Positions 39,263-51,774 of a DNA stretch of 63,960 nt are shown one piece after another; within the stretch, counting starts at the first letter, position 1, and every line of letters begins with the position of its first letter. Under the pieces are notes generated by a model, which did not search any database, was not told the origin of the DNA, and saw only the letters and a list, made by a program, of their open reading frames with translations. Source of the DNA: Octopus bimaculoides (lineage: Eukaryota); the NCBI RefSeq assembly GCF_001194135.2, contig NC_068982.1, positions 153,215,669-153,279,628 on the forward strand, given 5' to 3'. The position numbers and the translations under genes were made by a program.

Positions 39263-39267
<5 letters not shown>

Positions 39268-39345
<78 letters not shown>
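39268..39345. repeat. (GA)n microsatellite
   Basis: Perfect GA run. Confidence 0.97.
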
Positions 39346-39349
<4 letters not shown>

Positions 39350-39639
39350 AGGAGATAGACAACGGGTTTTTCTTGTTCGGTTCCTGTAACATATCAGATT
39401 TGCTGCAAAAATTATTAGCACTTCACGATTCATTTATATCCTTAAAATGGATGGCTGCGGGTAGTTTACCTCGATACTTCTGATGCCACAAAGTAGCCAA
39501 ATCCAGGTGAGACATTATAAAAATGTTACGCAGAGAAGAGAGACGAACCTATTAAAGTATTTGACTGACACTATATTCATCAATATCGGAAGGATGAATG
39601 ATATTTACCTCAACAGAAAACTCACAGAGCAGGAACAAA

Positions 39640-40420
39640 TAGTGGTTATTAGGGATGTTTGAGCTGTTTATTCGGTATTGATCCAGGTACAATCAATATT
39701 AATACCTGAGATTGTAAATGTGTGTGTATGTGAACATATTTGGTTTGTATCTTATTCCTTGGTCACGACTACTTGTTCCTAAATATGCTCGTGGTATATA
39801 GTAGTATTTGAGTATACAGTGTACCTAGGTTGGTAAGTGTAATGTATATTTGCATCTATTTTTACTTAGTTTATTATTCGGAGATGTTATTTATGTTTGA
39901 TTGAATTTGTTGATTGACTTGTGTAATTATTGATGTTGTAATATGTTTAATTGAGTGTTGTGTAAGTAAGCAGTCGGGTTATAGATAGATAAGTTTGTAA
40001 ATATATGGGTGCAAAATATTAGGTTTATATATTCTCAGATAGCGTTAGATTATACGTCTCTAGGGCTGGTTGACATCGACTGATGTACCTATCCTGCCTA
40101 GAAGTGTAGAAATTAATGTGATATCCTTTGGGAGCTGAGGAAGGAATGACTGGTTTTATTAAAGTGATTCATGAATTTGCTATGTCTCTGAGTTTATCTG
40201 ATTGATTGCATACTATATATTAGTAGGCATGATTGTTTATATGTATAGAAGTTATAATTTGGGATTCTCATATATTTGTGGTGATTATTTGTAGCGTTAT
40301 TTTAGAATTATTAAGTAAGGCATTTGATTACAGAATTGTTTGGTGTTCTGGCTTAGTTTATTGCTTATCTCTTTATACTCTGTTTAGTTGTTGAGAATTG
40401 CGATGTTTTCAGAGTGGCCA
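39640..40420 (-). mobile_element. Possible very degenerate PLE RT remnant
   Basis: Strong G/T versus C/A strand skew, as in the other PLEs here. Minus-strand fragments PQIYENPK..INSET..KPVIPSS loosely match PLE RT motifs. Confidence 0.35.
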
Positions 40421-41728
40421 ATAATTTCGGAAAATACTCGGATATGTTGCGTTTTGGGCAATGATTTCTCAAAGACGGTTGATTTTGTGTGCATATAGTC
40501 GGCGTTTCAATTGTGGGTCGGGTTAAAAATATAAAGCAAATCCATAAAATCTCCATCAAATCTCATAAACCAAATTCGTTTAGAAAAATGAAAACAAATG
40601 AACGAAGAACAAAGTTGACGCCGGTGGAGTCGGAAATTTGAAATCAAGGTGTAGAGATCCGCAGAGAATACCACACAGCATTCAATATGATTCTCTAACA
40701 ACTCCAATAATACACACACACGCACGCACGCACGCACACACACATACACACGTACACAGATATATATACCTGTGTGCGCATGTATATGTGTTTGTAAACA
40801 ATAAATTTACAAAGAATCCTGAAATACTAGTTCAGTCTAGACCTCTCTTTCGTAGCTTGAAAGGCTGCATACTCTAACTGTATGCTTCAATACAGAATAC
40901 TCTTAAAATATAACAGGGGAAAAGTTTGTACCGTCGTTCCAATAGAATTTTAATCTAGCATTAAAGGCTGATTATACTATATGACTTTAAAAGTAGAGAG
41001 CAATCTTGTCGATGATTTCAAAGATAACTATATTTGTTTCACATTTATTCTGCTACATTTTCTTCTAATTTTGTAATTTTCATTCTGTAATATTGTATTG
41101 TTTTGTTGTATTTATGCGCGAAGGATTTGTTATGAATGACCTAAAATACAAGCGACTAATATAATTGAATTATGCTGATATTTATTTACATATTCGACTC
41201 TTGTTATTCAGTTAGTTGATTTTACTTTTGCATGAGTATCCAAAGAAATATTATCTATTCGAGTTTATTTTTACACATGCACCCAAAAAAACTTTCTTCT
41301 GTCGCTATCCGAAAGTAATGCTTAATAATTTCCTGCTTTTTGGTTTACTTAAATACCGTCCCAAGATCGGAAATACGAAGCAGTTTCGAATCCTTAATTT
41401 TCATTCACAATATATATAGTTTCGTATTCTAATTTCAGTATACACTAGTCGATTTTTCACCGCCTTGTTTACATTGAAAACTTTTTATGCACACATGGAT
41501 ATGCTTAGAGGACTCTCACACACACACCTACACATACACACATACACACTCGTGTGTGTGTATATATACCTCTATTAAAAATGCATTTTTGCCTTCCAAT
41601 GATTGGGTCTCAATACATCATTAGAATCGCGTTAAGATATGCGATGTTTTTTTTTTAATCTTTAGTCATAACATCTGAAATCGTTCATCATATACTTATC
41701 CTCATAAGAATAACAGTTTAACATCATA

Positions 41729-41851
41729 CGAGGTGTTTATGAAAAGTTTTGAGCCTTCAAGGCCTTTGGGCCTTGTTGTCTTATACCTTCATCAGAAGTC
41801 TTGTACCATGTTTTGTGTTTTTGAGGCTCAAGACCTTTCATACACCCCTCG
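41729..41851. mobile_element. 123-bp mariner-type MITE with TA target-site duplication
   Basis: TA|CGAGGTGTTTATGAAAAGTTTTGAGCCT ... AGGCTCAAGACCTTTCATACACCCCTCG|TA, an imperfect terminal inverted repeat of about 30 bp. Confidence 0.85.
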
Positions 41852-43339
41852 TAACTTATGTATGGCAACTCATTATAATATCATACAACCTATAGCGTTA
41901 TGAAGTTATAACTGTGATGTCAAATAACAAGCACTACAGATTTCAATCATAATATTTGGATAGCGCCATACTGACGGTATAAATTTCGTGCGTGTAGCTT
42001 GGCAAATATCTGGTTTCAGCAATACAGATATCAACTTCACGTTGTTGAAATCTCGAACAAGAGGGATTAGAATTGCAGTGGGAAATGTCATCTTTGGAAT
42101 GGTAAATATTATAAGATATGAAATTGATAATCAACTCCAGTGCACATTGTTGAAAACTGTCTCAACTACAAAAGTGCAATAATCGCATGGTAGTGACGTA
42201 TATTTCCAGTAACTACTTACCATGGTTTGTTTTCTACTAAAATTCAAGTACCTTTTGTCAATTTTACTATTGGAATTTGCGTTTAGTAACAGAACACAGA
42301 AAATCCAATGATACAGTCGAATATATTACTGCCTGTCGACGGCTAATTTCGCTGAAGTTTGCCTGGCTGAATAGTTTATCACAACTGCAGTGTCCGTATC
42401 TATTATTCTGAATAGGTTTAGGATATCGTATATTCTTATTTTGATTGCCTTTATTTCCGACAAGAGGTTTCAATTGATATAATCACAGACAGGTGAAGTG
42501 AGTCATCTATAGATAAAGAAGTCTCTGCAGCGATTTGATTGCTTTCAGTCGAAGAAATCTTTATTTCTTTGTTCGACATATCTCGTCAAAACGAACTCAT
42601 TTTTAACGTCATTAGCTGTGATTCATAAATAGAAAGCAACTGTTCTTCGGAGATTTAATACATTGAAATGCATGATACAAATGTGACGTATGTTGCAGTA
42701 AAAAGAAATAATCAATAACCTATGTGCGTTGTATTCAAGGGATCAAGGTTCTAAGGATTGAATTACCGACTAGGTAGGATTTTTTCTAAAATATGGCAGT
42801 AATCGTGTTAAAACAACAGGCTAGATGTGCATATATAATAAGAATAATAACATGATTATGTGGGCACAACATGTTATATTGTAAAATATAAGCAGCTGAA
42901 ACATTTTTGATAAATATTTTTCTGAAGCCCTGTTTAAACAAATACACGTGACGGTAGTGAGCACTTTTATAGATATTGTAAATTTGGTTTTACTGAGAAC
43001 TAGGTTATCACTGATAGAGTGGAATTATCATGAAACGTATTCCAGCTGTGTCTATTGCATCTTTTATTCAGATTTCCATATACAATATACTTCCCGATTT
43101 TCTTTTGGTTCTTTTTCAGAGCGCAATATATTATTTAATGAATATTGAAGTAAATATCTAATGAAAATCTACTAACGTAATTATGGCGAGTAAAGGTGGT
43201 ATTTGTGTGTTATGATAGATAGCAGTAGTTTTTTGACCATAGTTCAATCCTGACCTGACAGATCTAAAAATATCGCGTACCAGAGAGGTAAAGACACTGG
43301 ATTTGAAGTGTATTCTTGCCCGCTTAAACAGATTACTCG

Positions 43340-43640
43340 TATGTAGATGACATCTATTGGAGTTGCAAAACCATCTGAAAGCATGCTGCAAACTATATGG
43401 AGAAGATTGTCAGTGCTTCGAGATCACCTTGCTTAACTCCATGCTCAACTGGAAATGGTTCCGACAGACTTCCATCAAAGTTCTCGGCCTTCATATCCTT
43501 AAGGATGGCCTTGGTGATATTTACAAATTTTTCAGCACCAGCCACAATACATTCCTATTAGCGAAGTTAAAAGCTCTCCTAAGATCCATTACTGCAATGG
43601 TAGAAGCTCAAGTGTTATGCGTTGCATTTTTCTTGTAGCT
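43340..43640 (-). mobile_element. RTE/BovB-like RT fragment
   Basis: Minus strand: AFNFANRNVLWLVL..KFVNI..GSLSEPFPVEHGVKQGD..TIFSI. Confidence 0.75.
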
Positions 43641-43734
43641 GCTGGATAATGAAGATCTTACCAAGTGTGCATCGAGAAGAGAGGAAGTACCGAAAAGTTA
43701 ACTACTGTGGACATGTCTTGCTCAAATTTCGACA

Positions 43735-43855
43735 GGTGCAGGTGTAACTGTGATTAAAAAGTTCACTTTGCAACCACATTGTTTTCAGTTCAGTGCCACT
43801 GCACGGCGTTTGGGCCAACCAATGCCTTCTGAATGTAATGAAAGACAAAGAAGCC

Positions 43856-43862
<7 letters not shown>
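43735..43862 (+). mobile_element. Degenerate SINE head followed by (TA)n
   Basis: caggtgcaggtgtaactgtg..caaccacat..ttcagtgccactgcacggc resembles 24170-24250; aaagaagcctgcc precedes (TA)n. Confidence 0.55.
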
Positions 43863-43902
<40 letters not shown>

Positions 43903-44196
43903 AGAGAGGGAGAGACAACGAGAGAGATAGAGAGAGAGGGGTAGAAAAGGAGATGGAGTGAAAGGAGAAGAGTGAGTGAGAGAATTAGAGAGAGAGAGAG
44001 AGAGATTTCTAAGCGTGTATTATGATCTACTTGTGAGGAAAACTCTCACATATTCGAAAGATAACGTTAAGATGAGGATACAACAAAATCCTAAGGGTTT
44101 TGAAAACCACTGATGCTGTAAAAAGCAAGCTGTTGGTAACATGCGTGATTATATCAAGCGGGCTCCACAATATATTGTGTGTATAAATAATGTCTA

Positions 44197-44202
44197 TGTA
44201 TG

Positions 44203-44234
<32 letters not shown>

Positions 44235-44244
44235 TGTATGTATG

Positions 44245-44302
<58 letters not shown>
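44197..44302. repeat. Compound (TATG)n(TATC)n microsatellite
   Basis: Direct reading of the sequence. Confidence 0.95.
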
Positions 44303-44392
44303 CCTAACTGTCTGTCTATCTAACTACATGCATGTACAGACATATGTACGCACACATATTCCTATACACGTTTATATATATATATATATATA

Positions 44393-45610
44393 AAACTTAG
44401 ATGAGCTTCGATCAAAGATTGGTCCAGGCCATGTCTAACTTAATAGCACCACCTGATAGGATTATTTTAATCCTTTTTAAGCCACGTTTTGTGGTAGTAT
44501 GGTCCATTGAAGTAGTGAGTTTTTGTTGAGTGAGTTGTGTCCAGGTATGTGTGGCTTATCTGGTATTCCTTGAAGAAATTTGTCCGGACTCCGTTTAAAG
44601 GTGGTGGGATCCTTTTCCTCTTTGATCAGTTTTGGGACAATGCTAAACAGGACAGAGCCTGTCGAGAAAAATAAATTGTGTTGCAGTGTACCTATATGTT
44701 GTGATCCTGAATTGGGTAGGGGACGTAAGGCCCGTGGTCCCAGCCTTGGATGAACCTTGAAGCTAATGTTCAGGTCTTTTGGGCAATGCTGGCAATATAT
44801 TCTCCTCATCGTGCAAATGATGTACCGCTCGCGGCGGCGCTGGAGGGGGTAGAGTTTCAAGGCTTTAAGGCGGTTCCAGTAATCGAGATCAGTCATGCCC
44901 TTAATTCGTTTAGTGAGTGCCCTCTGGGGTGATTCAATTTTCGAGATGTTTTGTTTTGTATGGGGAGACCACAGGGGGCAGCAGTATTCGAGGTGTGACC
45001 GTACAAAGGAGGAGAAAAGTGGAATGATGATATCTTGTTCTCTGGACCGGAAATTTCTTAAGATCCAGGAGCCCTTCCTACGAGTTATATCGACCTTATT
45101 GTTGATGTGGGCACTCCAGCTGAGATTGTTATCAACAATTACTCCTAGATCTCTGATATTATTAGATGCTGTGAGCGGTTCCCCTGAAGGAAGACAGTAT
45201 AACTGTTTTAGTATAGTCTTTCTTCGGAAATGCATCAGATCAAATGCTCCCTCGTTTAGTTGAGTTTTGCTTTTGTCTGCCCATTGATTCACCGCATATA
45301 GATCAGATTGTACTTGAGTTCGGTCTTCTTCTTCATTGGAGTGATTTACGACGCTGAAAAGGTTGTTTATGCAGATTATAAAGAGGAGGGGGCCCGGGAC
45401 AGTTCCCTGAGGGACACCACTGGTGACTTTTGCTGGGCTTAAGTGGACTCCATTAATCACAACAAGTTGTGTTCTATTGGCCAAGAAATACTCAATCCAG
45501 TGTAGACGTTTTCCACAGATTCCAACATTTGCCAATTTTGAGAAGATATTATGGTCAGCCCCGTGGAATGCTTTACTGAAGTCAAGATATATGACATCAG
45601 CGATCTAACT
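44393..45610 (-). mobile_element. CR1-like LINE, 5'-truncated 3' portion with a 352-aa open frame
   Basis: ADVIYLDFSKAF, SGVPQGTVPGPLLF, RDLGVIVD, VRSHLEYCCPLWSP, LQRRRERY. The 3'UTR ends ...ctaagtttt(TA)n and (TA)n also lies at the 5' junction. Confidence 0.92.
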
Positions 45611-45945
45611 TGTATGTATATATATATATGTATATATATATATACATACATATATATATATATATGTANNNNNNNNNNNNNNNNNNNNNNNNNNNNNNNN
45701 NNNNNNNNNNNNNNNNNNNNNNNNNNNNNNNNNNNNNNNNNNNNNNNNNNNNNNNNNNNNNNNNNNNNNNNNNNNNNNNNNNNNNNNNNNNNNNNNNNNN
45801 NNNNNNNNNNNNNNNNNNNNNNNNNNNNNNNNNNNNNNNNNNNNNNNNNNNNNNNNNNNNNNNNNNNNNNNNNNNNNNNNNNNNNNNNNNNNNNNNNNNN
45901 NNNNNNNNNNNNNNNNNTATATATATACACATATATATATATGTA

Positions 45946-46255
45946 CACTGGGTGGGAAAGCATAACTTGGAATATTGTGGAAACCCTATTTTTCATATAT
46001 TCCTAAGCGTAAATACTAAAATATTATTTTCTTTTTCAGGGTGGAGGTATATAAAGTTAATGTAAGCAGAAGCTCCAGTCATACGATCTAGCATGTCCAC
46101 TTAAGAAGCCAAGAGACAACGCATTGCAGATGGTTCTCCTGCTCATACGACAAAGAAAGTGCAGAAATTTTGCGAAGACAACTTCACCGATTTTTGGCCT
46201 GCTAATTTCTAGCTTTCTTCCAGCCCAGACTTGAGTTACATTGAGTAACGAGGTA
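45946..46255 (+). mobile_element. Tc1/mariner (maT-like) remnant
   Basis: TA|CACTGGGTGGGAAA putative terminal repeat, then DGSPAHTTKKVQKFCEDNFTDFWPANF*LSSSPDL (compare DGAPAH..WPPSSPDL). Confidence 0.75.
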
Positions 46256-46279
46256 AGTGCCCCGTTGCTCAATGTCAAC

Positions 46280-46940
46280 AAAATAGATTATTTCCCCTTG
46301 GCTCTCGATCACCGGTGATCCTGTTATCTCGTGGGTTCCAATAGGCTAGCAGGAATTACATGGAATGTAAACACGTTCCGAAGACTTCCGTTCTGAGGCT
46401 CAGGATTTTCCCTGGGAGGGAGTCCCTCAGGATACTCGCCCATTTCCCTATTCATAATTCACAGCGATTGGTCCCATTAATGTAGGGACATGGATTTTCT
46501 AGGATTCTTCATGATATCGTGTATGGAATCCCGTCGTCTATCAGCTGCCATACACGGTTCGCTAATGACGTGACGAGTCTCCTCTCCGCTATCCTATGAA
46601 GGATGATCTGTGGTTGGAGAAGCGTTGTCTGAACGAGTTTCCGGAACAGCCGATCTATCTCTGTGGTCAGGTGTTGACGGTGGTGTGTCTGTTGGTGTTG
46701 GCGTCATGGGAGGTGGCAATGGTGTTGGTACCACCGCTGCCGCTGTTGGTAAAGGTGCCGTTGTTGTTATCATGGGCATCGCCATTGATGAAGTCGCTGT
46801 TATTGTTGTTGTAGATGCCATTGGCGATGTCTCTGCTGATATTTCCGTTAGAGATATTGCTGTTGCTGTTGTCGCTGTAAATTGTTGTTATCGCTGGCGA
46901 TGGTACTGCTGCTGCTGCTATTGGAACTGTCGACCCTGCT
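46280..46940 (-). mobile_element. PLE 3' portion: Thr/Ala/Pro-rich linker plus GIY-YIG endonuclease (Naiad-like), decayed
   Basis: R*IGCSGNSFRQRFSNHRSSF, then TSLANRVWQLIDDGIPYTIS*RILENPCPYINGTNRCEL*IGKWASIL..ILSLRTEVFGTCLH. Confidence 0.82.
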
Positions 46941-47010
46941 GAAAAAGACGATATACTACTGCTCTATAACTTAGAGTGTGTTTCTTTTTTCGGATTTATA
47001 TTTACAGACG

Positions 47011-47046
<36 letters not shown>

Positions 47047-47076
47047 ATGTGTGTGTGAGTGTGTGTGTGTGTGTAT

Positions 47077-47108
<32 letters not shown>

Positions 47109-47383
47109 ATGTTTGTATGTGTATATATGTATATATGCATGTACGTATGTATGTATGTCGATTACTAATCGAACAGTGAGGATAGGTGCTCATGATCAAA
47201 TTGGCTACCGTTGGTTTTATGTTCAGTGGTAGAGATGGTGTAACGTCCTATGAAAAATGCTTCATAATTGTAAAGAAATATACCACTCTCAACATGAAAC
47301 CATTAGTAGCCTGGTTAACTGAAAACGTGTATATATGCATATACATATACAAAAATATAAACCCGTTGAACAGTTGGAGCCTT

Positions 47384-47426
<43 letters not shown>

Positions 47427-47989
47427 CTCAATATGTCTGTTATTTTAAAGACAAGCGCATAAGATTTAGAGGTTTCTGTCCATTTGTTTCTAACATTTGA
47501 AGTGAACTTAAACAGACCTATTTCTTGTAAAACAAAACAGCGTTTATGATTGAGCTCTTTATATTTTATATACACTCTTGTTCATAGTGTGCAAGGTATT
47601 TAAGGATTAAAATGATAAAGCGCAGAGTTAATTTAATTTTTCTATTTTGTTTAGTAATTATTTGTATTGATTTTTTTCTTTATAACTCCGATTTCCAGTG
47701 ATGGAACATTGAAATATTTAGTAATGGTTCCCTAACCCTAATCCTAGTACTATACTTACACATGTCACAGTGCTTCAAATTTTATGCTTTCCTTCCTTCA
47801 GTCTTCATGTGAATGACAGGCTGTCTATAAACTAAATGTTACAGCTATTCAAGATTTTTCTTTAACTCAGTAACTCCACCCACTCACATAATCTGTCAAA
47901 CATCTTTTCCCTCACACAATCCTCTCTCTCACACTCATCTTTCTCTTTCTTTCTCTCTCTCCCACACACATCTTCTTTCTCTATCTTTC

Positions 47990-47990
47990 A

Positions 47991-48047
<57 letters not shown>

Positions 48048-48054
48048 GCTCTCA

Positions 48055-48109
<55 letters not shown>

Positions 48110-48110
48110 T
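47990..48110. repeat. Compound (CT)n(CA)n microsatellite
   Basis: Direct reading of the sequence. Confidence 0.93.
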
Positions 48111-51100
48111 TTCAACTCCTACTCGTTTTGCTCTAAGTTAAATGGAGCATTCGGAGAGGAGCACCCAACAGGATATAAACACATGACTCTCCAGTCGAAC
48201 AGCCGATCTCATAACCATGTGTCTTTTGCGATTTCGTATCTGTTTTAGATTGAATTTTGTATAAAAATATTTCCTGCGGCACCTTAAGAAATGACGTAGG
48301 CTTGGCTGTGTTGAGAAAACTAAAAGAGAATTCATATTTTTCCCCTCTCTCCCTCTCTTTCTCCCTCCTTCTCTCTTTCTCCTTCCCCCCTCTCTCCTTC
48401 TTTCTTTCAGCAATCACACGTAATCGAATATGACTTGGTAGTAGAAAAACGTTGGTTTTTCAAATTTAATTAATAAACTTCAACGATACATTTCTCTTTC
48501 CTGTATATGTAGCCCAAACGCTGGTACAAGCATGACTGCAGTTATTGTAGAATCCTCTTGGCCGATCTAGTGTAATGAAGCTTGCTCTAACTTTTTCACT
48601 GTAACGTTTTGTACTTGTTCTTTTTAATTTGGTTTTTCAACATTTATTTTTTTCCTCTCTACTTGCCGCCATATTTTGCAATCATCACTGTCTTTTGTAT
48701 GGAGGAGAAATCGAGACATCCCTGCCAAGGGCATCTGTATTTGAATGCCCAGTGTCCTCAGTACAGATCCCCTGTTACACTCCAGGAAACCCCAAATCAG
48801 GGAGGATATATTATAGACTAGCAATGTTTGAGCTCTAACTGATAATCAAGCTGGAGATCTAATCACTTAAAACCATGTTAATTGTATATCTAAGATGGCG
48901 CGACTATCATCTCATCAGCTTTTCGATGTGTCCTCAATAAAGTGCCTAAGTCTGGGCAGAATACAACAGATATGATAAAATTACTCGTCGTTGTATTTTG
49001 CAGTTTTATGCATTTTTGTTTTTAGAGTCCAACTTTGAACTTCATGATGGCCAGTGCAGTAGAATGTATGCAGCAAACGATGTACTTTCCAATATATTGA
49101 TATCAGAAATTGTGATCTTATTCACTACATTTAGAGGCTGGATTGTGATTAGGATGATTGGGGTCTATTTTCTAGCACTACAGGGTCAGGTTGCTACTTG
49201 TCTTCTGTCTTTTTTACGTTAATTAACAGGTTGAAAAAGGCGCATTTTCGAACGATGCACAATTCTCTGGGTGTTTTCTAGTGAATGAGCTACAACACTT
49301 GTATTATTACCGATTCAACTTCGTGAATATATATATANNNNNNNNNNNNNNNNNNNNNNNNNNNNNNNNNNNNNNNNNNNNNNNNNNNNNNNNNNNNNNN
49401 NNNNNNNNNNNNNNNNNNNNNNNNNNNNNNNNNNNNNNNNNNNNNNNNNNNNNNNNNNNNNNNNNNNNNNNNNNNNNNNNNNNNNNNNNNNNNNNNNNNN
49501 NNNNNNNNNNNNNNNNNNNNNNNNNNNNNNNNNNNNNNNNNNNNNNNNNNNNNNNNNNNNNNNNNNNNNNNNNNNNNNNNNNNNNNNNNNNNNNNNNNNN
49601 NNNNNNNNNNNNNNNNNNNNNNNNNNNNNNNNNNNNNNNNNNNNNNNNNNNNNNNNNNNNNNNNNNNNNNNNNNNNNNNNNNNNNNNNNNNNNNNNNNNN
49701 NNNNNNNNNNNNNNNNNNNNNNNNNNNNNNNNNNNNNNNNNNNNNNNNNNNNNNNNNNNNNNNNNNNNNNNNNNNNNNNNNNNNNNNNNNNNNNNNNNNN
49801 NNNNNNNNNNNNNNNNNNNNNNNNNNNNNNNNNNNNNNNNNNNNNNNNTGACAATATACTACAACTTTGTCGCTCCACTACTGCTTAAATCTCTCTGAGA
49901 GATTTAGAAATATTATATTTCTAATTATATATATATATATATATATATATAGCCTGGCACTTTATAATGGATCATTGACTCGATATGTGCTACTGATCAC
50001 CATCCATTCTTGTATGGATATAAGCACCAAATCTGAACAGGGCCCACTTGTTCTTGAATAAGGCAAATACAAAGGTCTACTTTATTTCACAGGCGAATTT
50101 CAACAATGAACATAAATATCTTCAAATGTTCAGAGAGAATAGCTATTTATATAAAACTGCGCTTCGTTTCGTAGAATCGACGAATCAAATCATTATAGTT
50201 ACATGGGAAGTCATGATACAATGGACATTGTCGATATATAATTAAATAATTTTCTAATCTAAGAACTTGATTCGATAGATAGGGTTAGGTTATCAAATCT
50301 ATCCCAGTAGATATAATATCCTAACCCCATCTTTCTTTTCCTTCAAATGTTGAATGGCGAAGTTGGGATTTGAACCAGAGAACGTTGATCGGTGTATCTA
50401 ATTGCTTCGACTCCGATGCATGAACAATGTCACCTCTGTATCAGCCTCTTATTTTGTTATAATAATGACGTGAAGTATGTCTGACCACGTGCGGACTCGA
50501 TCAACTCAGTGGCAAAATTATATTGTTTCTTACTGAAAAAGCTCTTAGTAATTATTGTTTTTCTAAGGTACAACGTATAATAAACCGTCTTAATAAAATA
50601 GAATTGTCATATACCGAAATGCAATGCTAGCTCAGAGAGCGCCCAAATTATTTATTTTGTACGCTTTGAGTGATTTACTATCTGCCTCAAATTACCATAC
50701 GTATTTTCATTTCCTTTGAGTAAAACTGAAAAATAAATAACGACTAATGAAACAAATTCTCGAAAAGATTGCCAAAACAACATATGACATAGCTATAAAC
50801 AGGAAAAAGACATAGTACAACATACGACAAATGATGTGTGACAGACAGAAGACCAAACACAAACTGTACTAGATCGAAGAAAATATATTATGGAAGCGAA
50901 AGGACATAAAATATTAAAGAAGATGTTTAAATATATCAAACAAGTAAAAGGTAATACATCTCAAAATTATTCTTTCGTGGAATAATTCATATTACTTAGA
51001 CGACAGTACAGTGAATGCATTACTTTTCGCAAAGACATTGTGCTGTATACGAAGTGAAATGTCTCCAATGATGAATCTAGACCGCATCGTTGTTTTGGTC

Positions 51101-51774
51101 CCATGTGATATTAACTTTTACTATAATACTCATTTGCTAATAATATTGATTTCTAAGTACAATACCAATGTTTGCTGGCGAGGAAACATAATCGATTATA
51201 TCGATGCTATTACATTCCGTTTACTGTCTACAACAAAGAGATAAAAATCAAATACGTCCCCCGCGAGTTTTCAATTTAACACATACAGGCACAATGTTTA
51301 ACAGGGCTTTGCATTTTATCTCATAATATCTCTTTTTCTCTCTTTCTTTGTTTCTCATTTTTCACTCCCTCTGTCTTGCCTTTCATCGATAAGCATACTT
51401 TACGCCGTAGACTTAGCTGCTTTAACAGTTTCATATGAAGGAAAATTGAAAGTGCGAAATCCATCATTTGTAATATATGTTGCTACCAATTTGTGTCTTG
51501 TGTATTTTACTCTAACACGCTCAAGAGCAGTCCCAATATTAAAATAAATATTTCTTAACGATGTCGGATAAATGTTAGAATGTAAAAGTGTTATAGTCCT
51601 CAATGAACTTTATATTTACAAATATAGAGCTTGTACAAGCTCTATTTTATTTATATTAAATTTGTAATGCTGGGCTTATTTGCACTTTATAAAAGTTAGC
51701 TGCTATAATGAGAGAAATGGATGATTCAAGTTACTTATGAAACAATTCTTAAAGTTTATGATCTGTGTCATGGA

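Noticed and set aside
46594-46942. Thr/Pro/Ala-rich ORF as a mucin exon
   Set aside because: It runs directly into a PLE GIY-YIG endonuclease and matches the position of the low-complexity linker in the 30088 PLE.
47730-47748. CCCTAA telomere-like hexamers (also near 50280 and 63440)
   Set aside because: Only one or two units each, which is expected by chance or within repeats.
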